Shown here: piece after piece, positions 34,701 to 43,761 of the stretch | Numbering within the stretch: the first letter of the stretch is position 1 | Layout of the letters: each line of letters begins with the position of its first letter | IMG/VR virus record: IMGVR_UViG_3300042908_000623 | Strand: one strand, 5' to 3' | DNA length: 64,000 bases | DNA from: an uncultured virus (IMG/VR IMGVR_UViG_3300042908_000623) | Lineage: Duplodnaviria; Heunggongvirae; Uroviricota; Caudoviricetes | The notes under the pieces: model-generated | The model's input: the letters and a program-made list of their open reading frames with translations, nothing else | What the model was told of the DNA's origin: nothing | Database searches by the model: none | Made by a program: the position numbers and the translations under genes

Positions 34701-34873
34701 TGTTGGTACTCCCATCCGTACCACACCAGCGCAGTCGATGAGAATCGCCGCTCTGCATTGCCGGGGATCAAATCAACCACATTGGGCGCGTAAAACTCGT
34801 AACAGTCCACCGGTGCAAGATCTCGCTGGCTGGCCGAGACGATCTGATATAGCTGTTGTGATACGTTCTGCAT
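31742..34873 (-). CDS. Tail tip / baseplate hub protein
   Basis: Large protein after the tape measure; Cys cluster (CPL..C..C..C), SDNP, LEEGD; start taken at MQNVSQQ, overlapping the upstream stop. Confidence 0.75.
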   Translation of the reverse strand: MQNVSQQLYQIVSASQRDLAPVDCYEFYAPNVVDLIPGNAERRFSSTALVWYGWEYQQQAISRGDVSRYMTEKFNSVSITLSNVDRLLSDWLSSIDLEGYRVVIRAVSRSIDDDSITLFVGRCEKPGDIENAQISLTAKQDLGSIENEIPFAKFDTRCPLKFKGVECLAGESESAKSVNYINASTCNKSSQQCFEYGNQKAFQGFRYRAVIGSFKVNARSSGTAASTIGSRRATKMWTSTDNAATGQSVPMGLGRSQIDLTPVLYADTGEYLYGHFLAGEGPVTTFADVRNTTAGWATTFQSKTEHIGEFGPDASQKTASNLLGDEYYSHRAYVEATIEGENPDTGDPAPTIAAVVLWNKIQSLGGSCFDNLDFSDNPVEHVRHLLTSERGLKYPESWIDDETAAETARYCNDPLIDTSGCEEFYYDQNLGTAGTDWKRFRSTGILDWKFFRYLLYADTRTPAGSKPTTEPQRPQTFGALYQAYDPENPPDPRGIVATTFYRKRYTSNWHLKEPVKVADFLFKHLLPSFRGYLTTGADGKLQIKSERPAILSYLRSNAAIGATEIAVEDVTVWQRLALNRIYALVGAGTENSETRRVVDMEYSTAGNSLTVSATQNVTAYSGTFSGGSATTRAWNYLTVGSDSIAIIVNIDGVIVTVSSNTGTAAEKAGELATVINANPTLSRYIEAVWTPADPTKVTLFAKLGKLILESGTQYPHTTVEQVVHVHAAFADAAFGMLAKSNIIKDSFKWPMGNKQSSYNQFALTYTDAVQDFQQVELRENDYDHQDRVNKVNKLDISGACVDNYHQADRLVQAARYKYRDGDFFCSFQATGTALLLEEGDIIAVNHANMIGRRNQLFRVEELRITQNHTVSIVARLYVEEQFTTAATVRTMGLNVASTWTTAAPPAVTNLAIQYTTIDSGRVSFTFSSDYVGSQTAKIEINRGSGYVPLAEIAPIIVAGDKVGVFEVSAIVPGTQIKITPVNTLRSGTNTTTLTVTTPPYQWPVTAPSAAGQVLITDMNGNLSWGTITATGQYGLPSYAWFLS

Positions 34874-35883
34874 TATGCGGTGTACCTGATAATCGTTGCC
34901 GTGCGTGACTGCGACCAGTAGCGCGTGTGAGGGCTGCGCGTGTAGGAGGCGTATCGGCAGCCCGTGATAGTCTCGCCCGTGTGCGGATAGACGATGGAGA
35001 ACGACAGCCCGCCGCCCGTCGAGTCGTAATGGGCATCGAGCATTTGCGCGTTGGCCTCGCTTAGGCCGTCCCATTCTATCTCGAACATTCTGATCTGCTG
35101 CCGAAGTTGCGTATTTGCGCGTTGCGTGTTGTCCGCAAACTGCGTCGCGTAGGTCTCCCAGTTTGGCGTGACTTCCTGGAAACGCACTGGTACAGGCGCG
35201 TCAGCTGTCGGCGGTTGTGGCAGGGCTGATGGCGTCGGCATCGTCCAGCCTGCCGCGCATCCTGTCCCTACTGACGCACCTTCAGCGATCGCACCCGAAC
35301 CGATGCCGATACCTGGGCCGACGACGATTTCAATATCCTCAAAGCGCATATTATGGCATCCCAGCACGGCCACCGCTTCGAGCGTTGCCGTGGGATTGCG
35401 TAATGACCTGTAAATCTTTGTGCAGTCCAAATAATAGTAAACAAAACCGCCAAAGTTTACGATCCGAATCTGTTGTCCGGTATTCGTCCATGCGCCGTCC
35501 ACCCACGCAACCGGTGTTGTTGATCCCTCGTAAATAAATATCGTACCTGCCGGATGTGGCGGTACAGTGTTTGTCAGCACCGGCCCATTGATGGCGATGC
35601 AAAATTCCCACGTGGCAAAATCTAGACTTGGTGTCGCAGATGTCAAACCAAACCACGAACGGCCATTGCCGCCGAGTCTTGCCAGCTTTGCACGAAGTTC
35701 CCAGTCGCTACTTAGCAACAGATCTTGACTGCGAGTAGCTGCGCCAGAATTGCCAGCTGTAACAATGTCCGGCCCACACTCGCTTGTGCCGCCTGTATTG
35801 CGCGTGATTGTGCGTCCGTCGCTGCTGATCGAGACGTTGCCGAGATTCTCCCAGCCTGATTCAGGTATTGCGACAATGGCCAT
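34873..35883 (-). CDS. Minor tail protein with C-terminal distal-tail-like domain
   Basis: Position in tail operon; C-terminus similar to that of 35883-37595. Confidence 0.6.
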   Translation of the reverse strand: MAIVAIPESGWENLGNVSISSDGRTITRNTGGTSECGPDIVTAGNSGAATRSQDLLLSSDWELRAKLARLGGNGRSWFGLTSATPSLDFATWEFCIAINGPVLTNTVPPHPAGTIFIYEGSTTPVAWVDGAWTNTGQQIRIVNFGGFVYYYLDCTKIYRSLRNPTATLEAVAVLGCHNMRFEDIEIVVGPGIGIGSGAIAEGASVGTGCAAGWTMPTPSALPQPPTADAPVPVRFQEVTPNWETYATQFADNTQRANTQLRQQIRMFEIEWDGLSEANAQMLDAHYDSTGGGLSFSIVYPHTGETITGCRYASYTRSPHTRYWSQSRTATIIRYTA

Positions 35884-37595
35884 TATTGAAGTTTCTCCAA
35901 GACGATTGTAGCCCTGTTTGTCGAGGCCCGTTGACGCTGCGGGATTGTCATCGAGACGTACCGCACCCCGGTATAAGTGACTGCATCGCGCCGATGGTAA
36001 AAGTTAAATGTGCCCGACGATCCGCGCATCAGGTTGTAGTGTGCGATCAATTGTCGGATCTCGGCCGCTGATAATCCTTCGTATTCCACTGTCCATCTAC
36101 GCGCTCCGCAGGGCTGCACATTGACCTCCGCGCCTCCGTCCTCAAATTGGTAGACCTCATAACCGTAATCAATCGGTTGATCAATGAGTCGTGCGATGTA
36201 GATGTTTGTGGGGAAGGGCGATGTGATTGAAAACAACCCAAACTGCGCACCGCTGGCGATACTGGTTGGTCTGGCAATAAACGCTTGTCCGGCAATCGTG
36301 AACGTCCCAAAGGTAAGCGTTGAAGCAATGCCTGTCGGCGATGTCGTGCCAAGAAACGGCGACCCAAAAGCGTTGAGATTCGATAAACCTGTTGGCCTGA
36401 TCGTGGCATTGCGAAACGTCCCGAAGGTTACCGTCGAGGCAATGCCCGTCGGATTGATCGGCAGTATGACGTTTGCAATCGTCAGTGTGCCAAATGTCGC
36501 AGTGCTGGCAATGCCTGTCGGCTGCATTACCGGCGCGCCTGCTGATGCGGTGAACGCGCCAAACGTCGCAGTGCTGGCAATGCCTGTAGGGTATATCGCG
36601 CGCGTGTAGGTAATGGTTATTTTTGGCCGCGCACTCGAATAAACGGTTGACTCGGCTGCGTAAAAAGTCGCCTTTGAAACGCTTGATGGAGTCGAACCCG
36701 TCCGACTATGAATTAACCCAAGTTTCAAAACTGAGCCAATTTTAGAAGTTACATGCAGCCTGCCAGTTTCGCTAAAGGTAAATAAATTATTGCTGTCTGT
36801 GTCTGGGTTGTAATAAACAAATGGATTTTGGTCTGGGTATAAACCTGTTGTTAGACTCGTCAAATAAGCAAATGTGGTTGGTTGAATTTTTCCCCAGTCG
36901 CCACTATTACCCGTAACGAATGCCGTGTCGGAGTCGCCTATTTGCGCTTCTCTCAGTAAGATTTGAACGCCTGTAATGTTCTCTGCTTTTCCGTTTACCG
37001 CGCCAATCGAAAACACAGTCGCAGACGTTAATACCGTTCCGGTGACACTGGTTAAATTAAACTTGAAATATAACTTACTCAGAAAAAAATTACCGCCGAC
37101 TCCGCCTACTTTCGACCACTCCAAACCCAGCTCAGACCCGTCAGTGGGATAAAGCGCAGAAACAGAACCTGTCAGCGTAGATGCGTCTGAATAGGACGTC
37201 GATGAGCCTTGAATTGCTCCATCGAAATACTGGCCGCTTGTTTGCGTGTTCCCCGTCAGGGTGTCAAAGCCATAGGACAGTTCGGGCAAATAGCGATCTG
37301 CTATCAACTCGTCCCAGTAGTGGATAGCCCACCATAGCGGCTTAAACGCGCAGTAAATATCCATTGCCACGACTGGCCCAGGGTACGCTATCAAAACGCA
37401 CTCAGGGCCATCTGACGCATAATTTACGGCATCAGGCGTGATCGATACCACGCGCATATCAGGCCGGAGATTCAGCCGACGACGGAACACGCCACTCAAC
37501 CACCGATGATTGGCCAGCCAAAGCAGCTCGCCTTGATGCCGCTTAAACCATTGAGGCGTGAAGGCCAACCAGTATTTGATGGGTGATGGTTTCAT
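35883..37595 (-). CDS. Minor tail protein with PTGIAST.TFG repeats and distal-tail-like C-terminus
   Basis: About six PTGIAS-type repeats at 36250-36600. Confidence 0.65.
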   Translation of the reverse strand: MKPSPIKYWLAFTPQWFKRHQGELLWLANHRWLSGVFRRRLNLRPDMRVVSITPDAVNYASDGPECVLIAYPGPVVAMDIYCAFKPLWWAIHYWDELIADRYLPELSYGFDTLTGNTQTSGQYFDGAIQGSSTSYSDASTLTGSVSALYPTDGSELGLEWSKVGGVGGNFFLSKLYFKFNLTSVTGTVLTSATVFSIGAVNGKAENITGVQILLREAQIGDSDTAFVTGNSGDWGKIQPTTFAYLTSLTTGLYPDQNPFVYYNPDTDSNNLFTFSETGRLHVTSKIGSVLKLGLIHSRTGSTPSSVSKATFYAAESTVYSSARPKITITYTRAIYPTGIASTATFGAFTASAGAPVMQPTGIASTATFGTLTIANVILPINPTGIASTVTFGTFRNATIRPTGLSNLNAFGSPFLGTTSPTGIASTLTFGTFTIAGQAFIARPTSIASGAQFGLFSITSPFPTNIYIARLIDQPIDYGYEVYQFEDGGAEVNVQPCGARRWTVEYEGLSAAEIRQLIAHYNLMRGSSGTFNFYHRRDAVTYTGVRYVSMTIPQRQRASTNRATIVLEKLQ

Positions 37596-38039
37596 TTACA
37601 GCGCAAAAATTCGATTGGCTCCGCTATCCCACGACACAGTGACGCTTCCGCCGTTTGGCGTGATCGACAATCCCGTACCGCTGTCGAGGAAGGCGATCAA
37701 TGGGGAGCTCGCCGCCGTGCCGGTGTCCTTGTAGATGACGAGTGCGCCGATGACGTTTGTGCCACTGACTCCCGTAACAGTTACGTCATCCGCATCGAAC
37801 ACGCCGTTCGTTACCGTTCTATTTCCCAGCGCGCCAGACGTGCCGACAACTGCCACTGAATTCGTTGAAACACTGCTGAAGTACTGGTGCGATGAGCTGT
37901 ATGTGTATGCGTTCGTACTGCCGCTGATGTTCACCAACGCCACTTTGATACTGGTATCACTTGATAGATTGATTGCAGCTGTACCAGCGGCCTGATTCAA
38001 CAAAGCCTCTTTGAATTTCGGATATAGGGCATTTGCCAT
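37596..38039 (-). CDS. Conserved minor tail protein
   Basis: MANALY.KFKEALL...INL..IKVALV...GVFDADDV...LV.Y..TG..SPLI. Confidence 0.65.
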   Translation of the reverse strand: MANALYPKFKEALLNQAAGTAAINLSSDTSIKVALVNISGSTNAYTYSSSHQYFSSVSTNSVAVVGTSGALGNRTVTNGVFDADDVTVTGVSGTNVIGALVIYKDTGTAASSPLIAFLDSGTGLSITPNGGSVTVSWDSGANRIFAL

Positions 38040-38040
38040 T

Positions 38041-40296
38041 TTAGTATTCTCCTAAAAGATCGCGACGTAAGACGCCGCGCATTTCGCCGTTTGATTTGTA
38101 ATCCTGTACGATTTTTGATACGACCACGCCTGGCTCAGTCTCCGCACGGATGATAATTACCTGTGGTTCGTTGCGCCTCGATCCCTGCTCGCGCATAACA
38201 GAGCCACCACCGCCGCGATTCTCGGTGAGGAACTGACCGCCACCGCTACCGCCCCCCGGCCCGATCGCTGATATGCCAACTGCCGCCGCCGCAGCCACAC
38301 CAGCCACGACACCGTACATTTTAGCCGCCGTAAAATTCTGCGTTGCTGATGTGAAGTCGTATCGGGCCATAGCTGCAAAGCCTTCAGCTAAATGGAAGAT
38401 CGCTTTGACGGCTGACTGTGCTACGAGCGCACTGATGATCTGCGCGGCCATCGCCTTGAACGCCTGACCGCCGATCTTGCCAGTCATAATGAAGCCTTGA
38501 AGCATATTCTGCAGGCCACTGGCTACGCCTGAAAATACATCGACCATCATCGTCCCGAAGTCTCCCATGTTTTTTCGAACTTGGGTCAACGCTGCATTCG
38601 CACTGGCTCCGAGCTGGCCGAAGATCCCCGCGCCCCGGTCGGCGGCTTCCTGACCGGCTGCGCCAAAAATATTCAGCGGTGACGATGCGTCGGCCTCTTG
38701 CGCTGCGCGTTTGCGCGCGTCTGCCGCGTCAATCAGCTCCTGCTCTCGGTTCAAAGCATCTGCTATTTCATCGAGCTTTCGATTTTGCGCTGTGCGGTAA
38801 TCCTCAATCTCTTTTGCGTATTGCGCCTCGAGCTTCGCATCTCTCGCAGCGTTTAGCTCGTCGATCTTGGCAAGCGTGATGGCTCGCTCCTGATCGAGAG
38901 CGGCCACGCGCAGCGCATACATTTTGCTTGTCGCCAAATTGAAAGCGTTTGCCGCGGCATCGACACGCGCCGCTTCAAGCTGCTCAGACTGCCGCCGGAG
39001 AATCTCTTCGAGTCGTGCCTGCTCATCGTCGATTGCCGCCAGCCGTGCCGCATCAAGCGCAGCCTGTGCCCGTGCTTCCTCGCGGATCACAGCCTGTAGA
39101 TAGGCGTCATAAGCACGTTTCACACTGTCGTCAGTGGGTAGAGCGACAGTCTTCTCAGTGACAGCTTTTGCCCCACCTCCTGTCTTCTTTTTGGCGTCTT
39201 TTGCTGCCTTACGTCGCGCCTCTTCAAGTGCCATCTGCATCGCACTTGGTGCATTTGCGCCAGTATCGACGCCCTCAAGTCGCGATCGAACATCAGCTGC
39301 TACTGTCCCTTGCTCTCGCTTAGTGTTTTCGATTTGCTGCAGTTTTGCCGCCATTTTATCAGCGGCCTCGGGGTCAAACGCTTCTGCAAAAGCGTCACCA
39401 AGATCATTTAATACGCTTATCAAACCAACGCCAATGTCGTTAGTGAGACCTTTGAGCTTGAGTGAAAGAATGTCAATATTGTCGGCAAATTCATTGCTTT
39501 TTGCGATGTCCTCTTCACTGAGAACGATTCCCAAATCGCGCGCGCGGGCGATGAGTCCATCGAATGATCCGCCTACCTGATCCATCACGGGGAGCAACTT
39601 TGACCCACTCCTGCCGAACAGATCCAGCGCGGTTGCGGTTTTCAACGATCCATCATTGATCTGTCCGAGTTTTTCAAGCGTTTGCCGAAATGCCTGATCA
39701 ACTGGCCCTTCGAGATCAATACCAAGTGCGCGAAATGTTCCCGCAAGCTCCTCATTGCCATTCTTTGCCGCTTCCATTTGCTTCTGAAATATCACGGCAG
39801 TCTGTGCCGTGTCTTCGAAAGACTGACCTGACAGCGTGGCGGCAAGCTGCAAAGACTGAATCGTCTCTGTAGTGAGATTGGTTACTTGTGCAAGATCGTC
39901 AACTTTGCCGGTATACTCCATTGCCGTCGCAGCAGTTGACGCCCACGCTGCGCCAAGTGCGATAGCTCCACCAGCAAGGCCAGCAAATGCCGCCGTAGCT
40001 CCGGATAGCGACGGGATCATCCCGCCTACGGCATCCCCAATCAGGCCAAACTGTGATGTAAACGCGACCAGCTCACCACGGGCAGATTCGCCCAGGTTGT
40101 CTCTGAATGATGCAAGGCTCCTCGATGCGCCAGAGAACGTCGTCCCGATCTGGCTTCCCATTCGGTTGAACTGCTCGCGAGTTTCGGCCGCAACACCCTC
40201 GACGACACCGCGAAATAGAGCCAGCTGTTGCTGCGCGTCCATTGCATCAACGTCGATCTGGAATGTTAGGCCTACCTGGTCACGATTTAGAGCCAT
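38041..40296 (-). CDS. Tape measure protein
   Basis: Ala-rich and helical, LFGRSG motif, follows the tail chaperones. Confidence 0.85.
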   Translation of the reverse strand: MALNRDQVGLTFQIDVDAMDAQQQLALFRGVVEGVAAETREQFNRMGSQIGTTFSGASRSLASFRDNLGESARGELVAFTSQFGLIGDAVGGMIPSLSGATAAFAGLAGGAIALGAAWASTAATAMEYTGKVDDLAQVTNLTTETIQSLQLAATLSGQSFEDTAQTAVIFQKQMEAAKNGNEELAGTFRALGIDLEGPVDQAFRQTLEKLGQINDGSLKTATALDLFGRSGSKLLPVMDQVGGSFDGLIARARDLGIVLSEEDIAKSNEFADNIDILSLKLKGLTNDIGVGLISVLNDLGDAFAEAFDPEAADKMAAKLQQIENTKREQGTVAADVRSRLEGVDTGANAPSAMQMALEEARRKAAKDAKKKTGGGAKAVTEKTVALPTDDSVKRAYDAYLQAVIREEARAQAALDAARLAAIDDEQARLEEILRRQSEQLEAARVDAAANAFNLATSKMYALRVAALDQERAITLAKIDELNAARDAKLEAQYAKEIEDYRTAQNRKLDEIADALNREQELIDAADARKRAAQEADASSPLNIFGAAGQEAADRGAGIFGQLGASANAALTQVRKNMGDFGTMMVDVFSGVASGLQNMLQGFIMTGKIGGQAFKAMAAQIISALVAQSAVKAIFHLAEGFAAMARYDFTSATQNFTAAKMYGVVAGVAAAAAVGISAIGPGGGSGGGQFLTENRGGGGSVMREQGSRRNEPQVIIIRAETEPGVVVSKIVQDYKSNGEMRGVLRRDLLGEY

Positions 40297-40500
40297 CGAA
40301 TCTCACCTCGGTCTTATCACTGCCACCCCACATTGCCGCTGTACGCTCGTCTTCCCATATCTGCAACTTAAATGCCGCCAGATGATCAAAATCGAACGCG
40401 ATCGCACTATCACGGATCTCGAGCAATTCACTCGGCAATCGCCCGAATTTACTTGCTGTCAGGGCGATCATCAACAAAGCCTCCCCCTGCTCGCTTTTGG
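40280..40500 (-). CDS. Tail assembly chaperone T-frame (probably reached by frameshift)
   Basis: Overlapping +1 frame between chaperone and tape measure (FGRLPSELL...). Confidence 0.55.
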
Positions 40501-40925
40501 CGAAACCGATCGAGACGTGCCGTCTCAACCTCCCCGCCACGCGTGGCAACTGGCACACCCGGCGCGTTGCTCTGCACCCACTGCGTTAGGAATTGGAAGT
40601 CGTTTGGGTCGATCTCTGACAATGCCAGTACATCCTCAGACTCCGGTGCGATTGCCACACGTGGCTCCACGCAGGCATAGATAATGCAGTCAGAAATAAA
40701 TTGCAGCCCCTCGAGCGTCTCATCTGCGGTCATAGCTACGGCAGAGCCTGGGGAGGCGTTCTGCTGTTCGAGCATTGCCCTTAAGAAATGCTGTGGCATC
40801 CGTCCCGCAGCCATCCACACGTGGAGAGGTGGACGGCGCATTCTGAAAATGGCACCAGAAGGCAGAGTGATATTGCCCGTCAACTCTGCCTTCTGTACCT
40901 GCTTCCGATATTGGTTTGCCTTCAC
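40449..40925 (-). CDS. Tail assembly chaperone (G)
   Basis: Lies between the tail tube and tape measure genes. Confidence 0.65.
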   Translation of the reverse strand: MKANQYRKQVQKAELTGNITLPSGAIFRMRRPPLHVWMAAGRMPQHFLRAMLEQQNASPGSAVAMTADETLEGLQFISDCIIYACVEPRVAIAPESEDVLALSEIDPNDFQFLTQWVQSNAPGVPVATRGGEVETARLDRFRQKRAGGGFVDDRPDSK

Positions 40926-40944
40926 TGTAGCCTCTCAGTGTCGC

Positions 40945-41562
40945 TTAACTGTTTGCCGCGCCCATATGCCAGAAGTTGGCAATCTGGTCGCCGACGGTGC
41001 GACCGGTGACGGCGAGACCCATAAACTCAAAAGCGGCCTTGCTCTGATCTTTGCGGGTGACCGCAAAATTAAAACCAGCCTTGTTGTAGGTCTTGTAAAG
41101 CTGAATGACCCAAAACTGGTTACTGCCGCTGATGTCCTGACCGATCAGCGCAATTGAGTACGTTGTAACGGTTGAGAGTCCACCCATCGTCAGCTCTTCG
41201 TATCCGGTAGACGTGTTTGTATTTACGCCCTTCGTACCGCCGACGGTCATTTTTTCCAGCAAATTCCAGTTGAACACCTGTAGAAATTCGCCCTTGATCG
41301 TGCAGCTCTCGCTGATGATCCGGGACATATGCGGCGCGGTCAACTCGTCCGAAGTGAAATCCTGAATCTCCGGGACGTACTCAAACGTCGTCCCGGCTGC
41401 GGTCATTCCAAGGTGGATTGCGTTTGGGTTTGCGGTAGTTTCAGGTGTACCGCTTTCGAGCGTCATTCGACTCGATGCAGCCGGGACAGCCACGTCAAGC
41501 CATATGTCCGACGGCCCGAGAATGATTTGATTTGCGTTATAGTTTTTTGTTGATGCAGCCAT
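40945..41562 (-). CDS. Major tail tube protein
   Basis: IILGP, LG.T..G..FEY pattern; position. Confidence 0.75.
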   Translation of the reverse strand: MAASTKNYNANQIILGPSDIWLDVAVPAASSRMTLESGTPETTANPNAIHLGMTAAGTTFEYVPEIQDFTSDELTAPHMSRIISESCTIKGEFLQVFNWNLLEKMTVGGTKGVNTNTSTGYEELTMGGLSTVTTYSIALIGQDISGSNQFWVIQLYKTYNKAGFNFAVTRKDQSKAAFEFMGLAVTGRTVGDQIANFWHMGAANS

Positions 41563-41760
41563 TTACTTTTTTTCCTTCGATTTAACCAACTCCAGAAATG
41601 GCGTTGGATCGAGATCGGGCCGATAATCCCGCCGTTCCGCAGCCGCGACAAAATAACCCAGTTCCGTTGCCAGTCGGCAGTATGTCTCCTCGCCCAAAGC
41701 CTTGTGAGTCCACGGCAGGGGCGGCAGGTTCATTGATTTTGCTTTTTCGTATGCGTTCAT
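41563..41760 (-). CDS. Small hypothetical protein
   Basis: AAGGAG RBS; in operon. Confidence 0.55.
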   Translation of the reverse strand: MNAYEKAKSMNLPPLPWTHKALGEETYCRLATELGYFVAAAERRDYRPDLDPTPFLELVKSKEKK

Positions 41761-41772
41761 AACTTATGCTCC

Positions 41773-42270
41773 TTAGCGTTCTAACATTTGAACAACCAAA
41801 ACTATTCGACCGTCGAGTCTGTACATTGTGTCGCCCTGCCGTAGCACCCCGTATTGATGCTCAGTGACCTCCCAGATAGGCTCACTGACAAGGGCTGTCG
41901 TATTGGCCCCAAGAAGATCTGCAACGGTCATTGTTCGCAATACTCGATCGACGGCCAGCATATACTTGAGAATTGTGCGCTGGATCGTGTAAGCGTCTTT
42001 CCCGTCGATGGCGATGTCGATAAACATCTCACACCGGCCCCGGATGTGGCTGTCGTCGTCACTCTGTTCAAGTGCTTCTGACGATGGCGTCACAAATAGA
42101 GCAGGGAAATTCAGCACCACCGGAGTAGGTGTGCGGTAATCGGTAAAGTTGGTTAGCCCCGCTTCGATCTCTGCCAGTGCGGTCGCGGTCGATGCCTCGA
42201 GGTATGCTTGCACGTTGTCGATGAGCCTGTGCAGGAACTGCGCCGAATACCTGGTAGTCGTGTATGCCAT
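41773..42270 (-). CDS. Tail terminator-like protein
   Basis: Position before the tail tube; FPAL.V motif. Confidence 0.6.
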   Translation of the reverse strand: MAYTTTRYSAQFLHRLIDNVQAYLEASTATALAEIEAGLTNFTDYRTPTPVVLNFPALFVTPSSEALEQSDDDSHIRGRCEMFIDIAIDGKDAYTIQRTILKYMLAVDRVLRTMTVADLLGANTTALVSEPIWEVTEHQYGVLRQGDTMYRLDGRIVLVVQMLER

Positions 42271-42785
42271 TATGCGGCCCCCGGTGTCGTGCGCGATCTG
42301 CCACGTGTGGCAAAGCCTGCGTCACGTGCGCCACGTTCCACGAAGCGATAGAGGCGGCTGACCATCCTGTCAATGTCTCTCTGAGTCGGCGCGAACACTG
42401 GACGCTGCGCCAGTCGTGAAGTTCCACGCTGATGATATTTTGCGTAGGGTACAGCCGTCCCGAGGGTCAGCGATCGCGGCTGCTCATCGTTGATAATGTC
42501 AGCACCAAACCCACCCAGCGTCAGCGATCGAAACAGGCGGCCAGTCCGGACAAGTATTGGCTTGCCGGGATACTTCTTTGCCTTCCACTTCGCGTAATTG
42601 GCTGATAGCGGTTGCCACTTCTGCCCACCACGCGCGCCCTCAGATTCAAAATGCTCGACGTTTGCGCGCACCCAGTACATGCGGATCTCTGGCCAGACCT
42701 CGCGAAAATCTTTGATGGAGTCGTCAAGCGTTTTGAACGCGCGCGTCGATCGCTCGAGGCCATCAATCGTTACACTCAGTTTCAC
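42270..42785 (-). CDS. Virion morphogenesis / tail completion protein (Mu gpG-like)
   Basis: F.SEG..W.PLS..Y...K, ILVRTGRL..SL, GT.VPYA.YHQ.G....PV. Confidence 0.8.
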   Translation of the reverse strand: MKLSVTIDGLERSTRAFKTLDDSIKDFREVWPEIRMYWVRANVEHFESEGARGGQKWQPLSANYAKWKAKKYPGKPILVRTGRLFRSLTLGGFGADIINDEQPRSLTLGTAVPYAKYHQRGTSRLAQRPVFAPTQRDIDRMVSRLYRFVERGARDAGFATRGRSRTTPGAA

Positions 42786-42902
42786 TCAACACCTCCTCTC
42801 CTTCGATCATTGCCCGTAACAGATCACCGATCTCTGGATCACCTGCTGGAATCATCGTTGCATCGTCTTCGTTGTCGTCTTCACGTCGTGCCACGTTGTC
42901 TC

Positions 42903-43574
42903 CTATGCGAACATCCCACGCCCTGCGCGATAGCTATCTGCTACGGCCTGCGCTCTCGGTGTCAGCGGCTGATTGATCACGGCCACGCCATCAATGGCCA
43001 CCGCGCGCGCGAAGCCTTGATCCTTCGATCGCCAGATATTTGCAACGATCTCGAGTGTGGCTTCCTCAACCTCGGCCGGTACTGAATCCCAGCCCCATTT
43101 AGCGGTGACGCCAACCCGGATACCGGCAGGCCATCCGATGTAATCCACCTGGTTGCTGAACTCGGCAAAGAAGAAGTCCCGCCGCTCATTCAACGCAGGG
43201 TAGCTCGAGTAATTGTCACCGTACCTGCGCGTCAAAAAAAACTCACCCGGTGTATTCTGTCGGTTGCGTTCATAGGGATTGAGCGCGATCCAATTCAATT
43301 CCGCAAACCCTGTCGGCATTGTCACCGTCGGCGCGACTGCGGACATGTACGGATCGACTTTAAGAAAGTCCGTGCCATCTCCCCAGAAATAACGCAGCGT
43401 CGCAGTTTGGCCGGGATTGCCCTTACTGAAATATCCGTCACTCTGCGAAGCGGCCATATCGAACAGCCTGCTCGCGCGCGTAACGATCCGCACCAGCACG
43501 TCTTCGTCGGCATCCTGCGACTGGTAGACGTATGCGCGAACTTGATCGAGCGTTGTGTAATCGCTACTTGCCAC
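42903..43574 (-). CDS. Head-tail adaptor
   Basis: Y.TL..V, V.V...WGW..VP.EV..A motifs. Confidence 0.7.
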   Translation of the reverse strand: MASSDYTTLDQVRAYVYQSQDADEDVLVRIVTRASRLFDMAASQSDGYFSKGNPGQTATLRYFWGDGTDFLKVDPYMSAVAPTVTMPTGFAELNWIALNPYERNRQNTPGEFFLTRRYGDNYSSYPALNERRDFFFAEFSNQVDYIGWPAGIRVGVTAKWGWDSVPAEVEEATLEIVANIWRSKDQGFARAVAIDGVAVINQPLTPRAQAVADSYRAGRGMFA

Positions 43575-43761
43575 GCCTCACCTCCTGCGGGGGACGGTTG
43601 AGTTTCTTATTCCATCGTTCGTGAATTGGCTTTTCGTCGCCTTCGTAAATCACGGCAATGCCACGCTGGATCAGTAGCAGAGCCACACCTGGAGCCGGAT
43701 CGATTATCTGGCCCGGCGATGCCAGACCGTACGCTTTCAACATCCTGATCTTCACTTGCAT
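43564..43761 (-). CDS. Small head-region protein
   Basis: G.II....GVA..LI.RGIA pattern. Confidence 0.55.
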   Translation of the reverse strand: MQVKIRMLKAYGLASPGQIIDPAPGVALLLIQRGIAVIYEGDEKPIHERWNKKLNRPPQEVRRGK

